64,000 bases of DNA from NCBI GenBank assembly GCA_963755125.1, contig CAVWIP010000015.1, positions 64,001-128,000 of the forward strand, read 5' to 3'. Positions 60,779 to 64,000 of the stretch are shown here, piece after piece (position 1 is the stretch's first letter; each line of letters starts with the position of its first letter). The notes under the pieces were generated by a model that made no database searches, had not been told where the DNA came from, and was given only the letters and a program-made list of their open reading frames with translations. This DNA is from an uncultured delta proteobacterium (GTDB lineage: Bacteria > Myxococcota_A > Polyangia > Fen-1088). The position numbers and the translations under genes were made by a program.

Positions 60779-61930
60779 TCACCGATTTTCGGGGCGGGGC
60801 GCGATCTCAGGCTCGACCTTTACCGAGTTGTTCACCAGGACCGGCGCGCCATTGCGCAGCTTGAAAGCGCCTTGCGCGACGATCTCCTGGCCCTGCTTGA
60901 CGCCTTCGAGGATCTCCACGAAATCTCCGCGTGCCTCGCCGGTCTTCACGAACTGCTGGCGAGCCATTTTGGCCGGCTTGCCGTCCCGACCCATGACTAC
61001 CGCGCCTGCGTCGTCCTGGCTTTCCTCGACGGCGAAGACCGAGTCGCCGAACGAGGCGTGAATCAGCGATGTGGCCCCAACCAGGGTCACGTTTCGTTTC
61101 TGGGGCAGGACCACCGAGACGTTGACGAACATGCCGGGGCTGACCAGCCCCTCCATCTTTCGTACCGCGGCCCGGACCCGGCCGCTGCGGGTCACCGGGT
61201 CGAGCGTCGGATCGATGGCGGCGATGGCAGCTTCGGCACGCGGGCCGGGCAGGCCCTCGTTGATTCGCACCGCCATGCCCACCGCAAGCTGATCGAGCTG
61301 CTGCTGCGGGAGCGTGAAATCGACGTAATTGGCGTCGGTCGACTGCAGGTCCGTGATCGCCGTACCAGGGTTCAAGTACTGGCCGAGGTTGATGAGTCGG
61401 ATGCCCAGCCGCCCATCGAACGGAGCGCGCACCACCTTGCGGTCGATCTGCGCCTGCAGTGCGGCCGCGTTGGCGGCCGCGGATTGCAACTCGCTTTCGG
61501 CGTTGTCGAGCTGGGCTTTGGGAACCGCGTCCTCCTTGAACAGAGTGCGGGCCCGCCCGGCGGAGACACGTGCCAGGCTCAGCTGCGCCTGGGTCGAGGC
61601 CAGTTCGGCACGCTCGACCCGGCTGTCGAGTTCGACCAGGACTTGCCCGCGGCGCACCTTCTGCCCCGATTCGAACTTGATGGCGCTGACCACACCCGCT
61701 GAGTCGTTGCTCACCGTCACACCGCGCACGGGGGCGATGGTCCCCACCGAGAAGATCCTGTTCTCCCAGGTCGCCTGTTTCGCCAGACTCGTCCCCACCA
61801 CCTCAGGTGGCGGCCCCGCCGCCACGGCGGCGTGACCGTAGGCGATCAGCGACTTGATCTGGGCGAACTTCATGCCTCCCAGACCGCCGAGAAGAGCGAC
61901 GACTCCCACCACAACAATGAAGTACCTCAC
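60779..61930 (-). CDS. RND periplasmic adaptor (MexV/MexH-like)
   Basis: FESGQKV..GQVLVELD, RAPFDGRLG, PGMFV, KLRNG; GTG start inferred. Confidence 0.92.
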   Translation of the reverse strand: MRYFIVVVGVVALLGGLGGMKFAQIKSLIAYGHAAVAAGPPPEVVGTSLAKQATWENRIFSVGTIAPVRGVTVSNDSAGVVSAIKFESGQKVRRGQVLVELDSRVERAELASTQAQLSLARVSAGRARTLFKEDAVPKAQLDNAESELQSAAANAAALQAQIDRKVVRAPFDGRLGIRLINLGQYLNPGTAITDLQSTDANYVDFTLPQQQLDQLAVGMAVRINEGLPGPRAEAAIAAIDPTLDPVTRSGRVRAAVRKMEGLVSPGMFVNVSVVLPQKRNVTLVGATSLIHASFGDSVFAVEESQDDAGAVVMGRDGKPAKMARQQFVKTGEARGDFVEILEGVKQGQEIVAQGAFKLRNGAPVLVNNSVKVEPEIAPRPENR

Positions 61931-62164
61931 GGAATTACGATGCCGCCCGCCGGGCAGGAGGCTCACACGTTCGCGCGAGCGTGGCCGTTCTGTCACACGG
62001 AGGCTCAAGCAAGAGGAGCCAAGGACGCAAAGGGCGACGCTTCCACCCCAGAGCGCCGAACGGTTTGCGTGTTTCGTAGAGCGAATCGTGGGCGTTGTAA
62101 CGGACTCACCCGGCGATGCATCAACAGCGCGGAGTTGCGGATGCACCCAGCCAAGCACACAAAG

Positions 62165-64000
62165 CTATAGCTGCGCTGACGCCAGATAGAACTTGTTGTT
62201 GCTGACGTCGACGATCTTCAGTGACGGCCGCGCGGGTTCAGGCAACATCCCTCGCAGCGAGTCGAAGCGCGTGCGCTCGACCACGAAGAAGACTCGCTTG
62301 CCCGGATTGCGTCCCAGGAAATCCTTCAAATCCTCCGCGTTGCGGTCGCCCAGGAAGATCGTGCGCTTCTCCTTGGGGCCTTCGTAGATCTCGTTCTGCG
62401 TATAGAAATTCTCACCCCGCCAGTACATCTGCCATGCGGCCAGTCGCTCATCGGGCGACCGCCGTTCCTTATAATAGGTCGCGATGAGGGGCTTTTGCGA
62501 CCAGTGGTCGGACACGTGTTTCATGTATACGTCGAGCAGGAAGTAAGTGAAGCAGACGGCGGTCAAAACCAGTGCGCCAGCGGCCACGGTTTGCAGCCGC
62601 CGCCACGCCATCAGCAGAGCAGCCAGGGAGAACAGCCCGGCAAACACCGCCAGCGCGATCCGGTAGTCAAGCTCGGGCGGCCAGGGCCGGCCCTGGGGCG
62701 TGTTGATGTAGTCGTACGAGAACAGCCAGATGAAGTGCTGGGCGTTCTTCTGGACCGCGGCCAGGTCGAAGGTCACCAGCAGCAGCAGCGGAATTCCCAC
62801 CAGTGCGGCCAGCAGCGCGAGCCTTCCCCGCGCACGGCCCAGAACATCGTCGAGGAAGCAACCCACCACGATGGCCAGGCCGGGCACGGCGGGCAAGATG
62901 TAGTGGTGGAACTTGGTCATGGACAGGGACACCACCGCGTAGCCCGCCACGAACCAGATGGCGCCGAAGCGGAGAATCTCGCGGCGCTTGGAGATGGTGG
63001 TTTCGCTGGGGGCGCCGGCCGCGCTGATCTGGCGGAACGGGCGCATCACCACCCAGGCCAGGGCCGAGGGCGCCAGCGCGATCCACGGGAACACTCCGTA
63101 GCCCAGCTCGCGGATGAAGTACTCGAACGACCCGCGATCGCCGTGCCGGCCGAGCACCAGTCGTCGCCAGTGGTTGTCACCATACAGCTCGTTCCAGAAG
63201 GGAAAACCATGGCGAATCAGCATGGCGTGGTGCCAGGGCACCGCGACCAGGGCGCAGGCCAGCAGGGCGAGCAAGAGGGCGGGCAGAAGCTGCGCGCGAT
63301 CCAAGCGCCGCCAGTTCCAGGTGAAGAGCAGATAGGCCAGGAAGACGATGACGGGCAGGCCGAGGCCGGCCAGACCCTTGGCCAGGATGGCCAGGCCGCA
63401 CAGGATGGCCGCCAGGTGAAGGTAGAATGGTGCCTTGTAGCGAGTCTTTGCCGCATACCACACGAAGACCAGAAACCCGATCGCATATGGCAACATGACC
63501 ACCGGGCCTGGGAGCTGGATATGGTGCTTGGGCCAGATGTTCCAGGGGCGTAGCTGGATGGAGTCGACCACGATCTGCGGCAGCACGGTCAAGGCCAGAA
63601 GCCCAACGGTCAGATAGAAAGACGCGTGGTGCGGCCACGAGAGCCATCCCCAGCGCCGCCGCGGCAGCTTGCGATCCTCATCGTCGAACAAGGCCAGCGC
63701 ACAGAGGGCCAGGGCAAGAGTCATGGGCCCGATGAAGGCCATGTCGGTCATGGCCTGCCGGGCCACCAGACTGAACATGGGAAAGGTGGCCAGCGCCAGC
63801 ACCGACAGCAGGCCCGCGCGGCGGCTGACGAAGCGGGAAACCGCCAGGTACACGCCCACCAGCGCCAGCAGTGACATGAGGCAGAAGGGCAGGCGCAGCG
63901 CCCACTCAGGCCGGCTGGACAGCGCGAACGTTCCGGGCGACGTGTGTGTGAGGCCGAAAACCGCCATCGACAGACTCATCAGCCAGAAGGTGAGCACCGG
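62165..64000 (-). CDS. GT-C fold membrane glycosyltransferase (ArnT/GT83-GT39-like), 5' end outside window
   Basis: PVLTFWL, EWALRLP, ARQAMTD, LAKG, PW, SMTKFHHYILP motifs; multi-TM. Confidence 0.88.
   Translation of the reverse strand, partial: PVLTFWLMSLSMAVFGLTHTSPGTFALSSRPEWALRLPFCLMSLLALVGVYLAVSRFVSRRAGLLSVLALATFPMFSLVARQAMTDMAFIGPMTLALALCALALFDDEDRKLPRRRWGWLSWPHHASFYLTVGLLALTVLPQIVVDSIQLRPWNIWPKHHIQLPGPVVMLPYAIGFLVFVWYAAKTRYKAPFYLHLAAILCGLAILAKGLAGLGLPVIVFLAYLLFTWNWRRLDRAQLLPALLLALLACALVAVPWHHAMLIRHGFPFWNELYGDNHWRRLVLGRHGDRGSFEYFIRELGYGVFPWIALAPSALAWVVMRPFRQISAAGAPSETTISKRREILRFGAIWFVAGYAVVSLSMTKFHHYILPAVPGLAIVVGCFLDDVLGRARGRLALLAALVGIPLLLLVTFDLAAVQKNAQHFIWLFSYDYINTPQGRPWPPELDYRIALAVFAGLFSLAALLMAWRRLQTVAAGALVLTAVCFTYFLLDVYMKHVSDHWSQKPLIATYYKERRSPDERLAAWQMYWRGENFYTQNEIYEGPKEKRTIFLGDRNAEDLKDFLGRNPGKRVFFVVERTRFDSLRGMLPEPARPSLKIVDVSNNKFYLASAQL

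Overview
High-GC bacterial chromosome segment, most likely Myxococcota: it carries a MYXO-CTERM protein, Cys-rich and DAG-linker lipoproteins, a Hanks-type kinase and sigma-54 systems. The nifJ-type PFOR suggests an anaerobic or facultative lifestyle. About 46 genes are present, mostly core or semi-core. They include leuA (short form) with a divergent LysR; a sigma-54 two-component system; exbBD/tolQR-like genes; ftsK-yhhN-lolA; a VWA/Cys-repeat surface protein; an N-acetylglutamate synthase; permeases; a REC-EAL protein; nifJ; a type IV pilin; a CzcCBA-type efflux system; thrC-cimA divergent from an aspartokinase; a UGM-like flavoprotein plus GT2; the prs-rplY-pth-rpsF-rpsR-rplI-dnaB cluster; a MexVW-like RND pair; and a GT-C glycosyltransferase. 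I saw no CRISPR array, rRNA, tRNA, transposase or integrase. The best leads are: (1) an apparently complete sigma-54 promoter driving a 61-aa secreted Lys-rich peptide next to its probable two-component system; (2) a membrane-anchored TPR protein paired with a cargo lipoprotein; (3) a possible furanose/polyprenol-phosphate glycosylation module facing a Thr/Pro-rich repeat lipoprotein; (4) a cassette-like gene with an in-frame amber codon behind a hairpin; (5) an aromatic-rich orphan pilin. All family assignments come from motif recognition by eye, with no database search. I cannot establish that any of these systems is truly undescribed.
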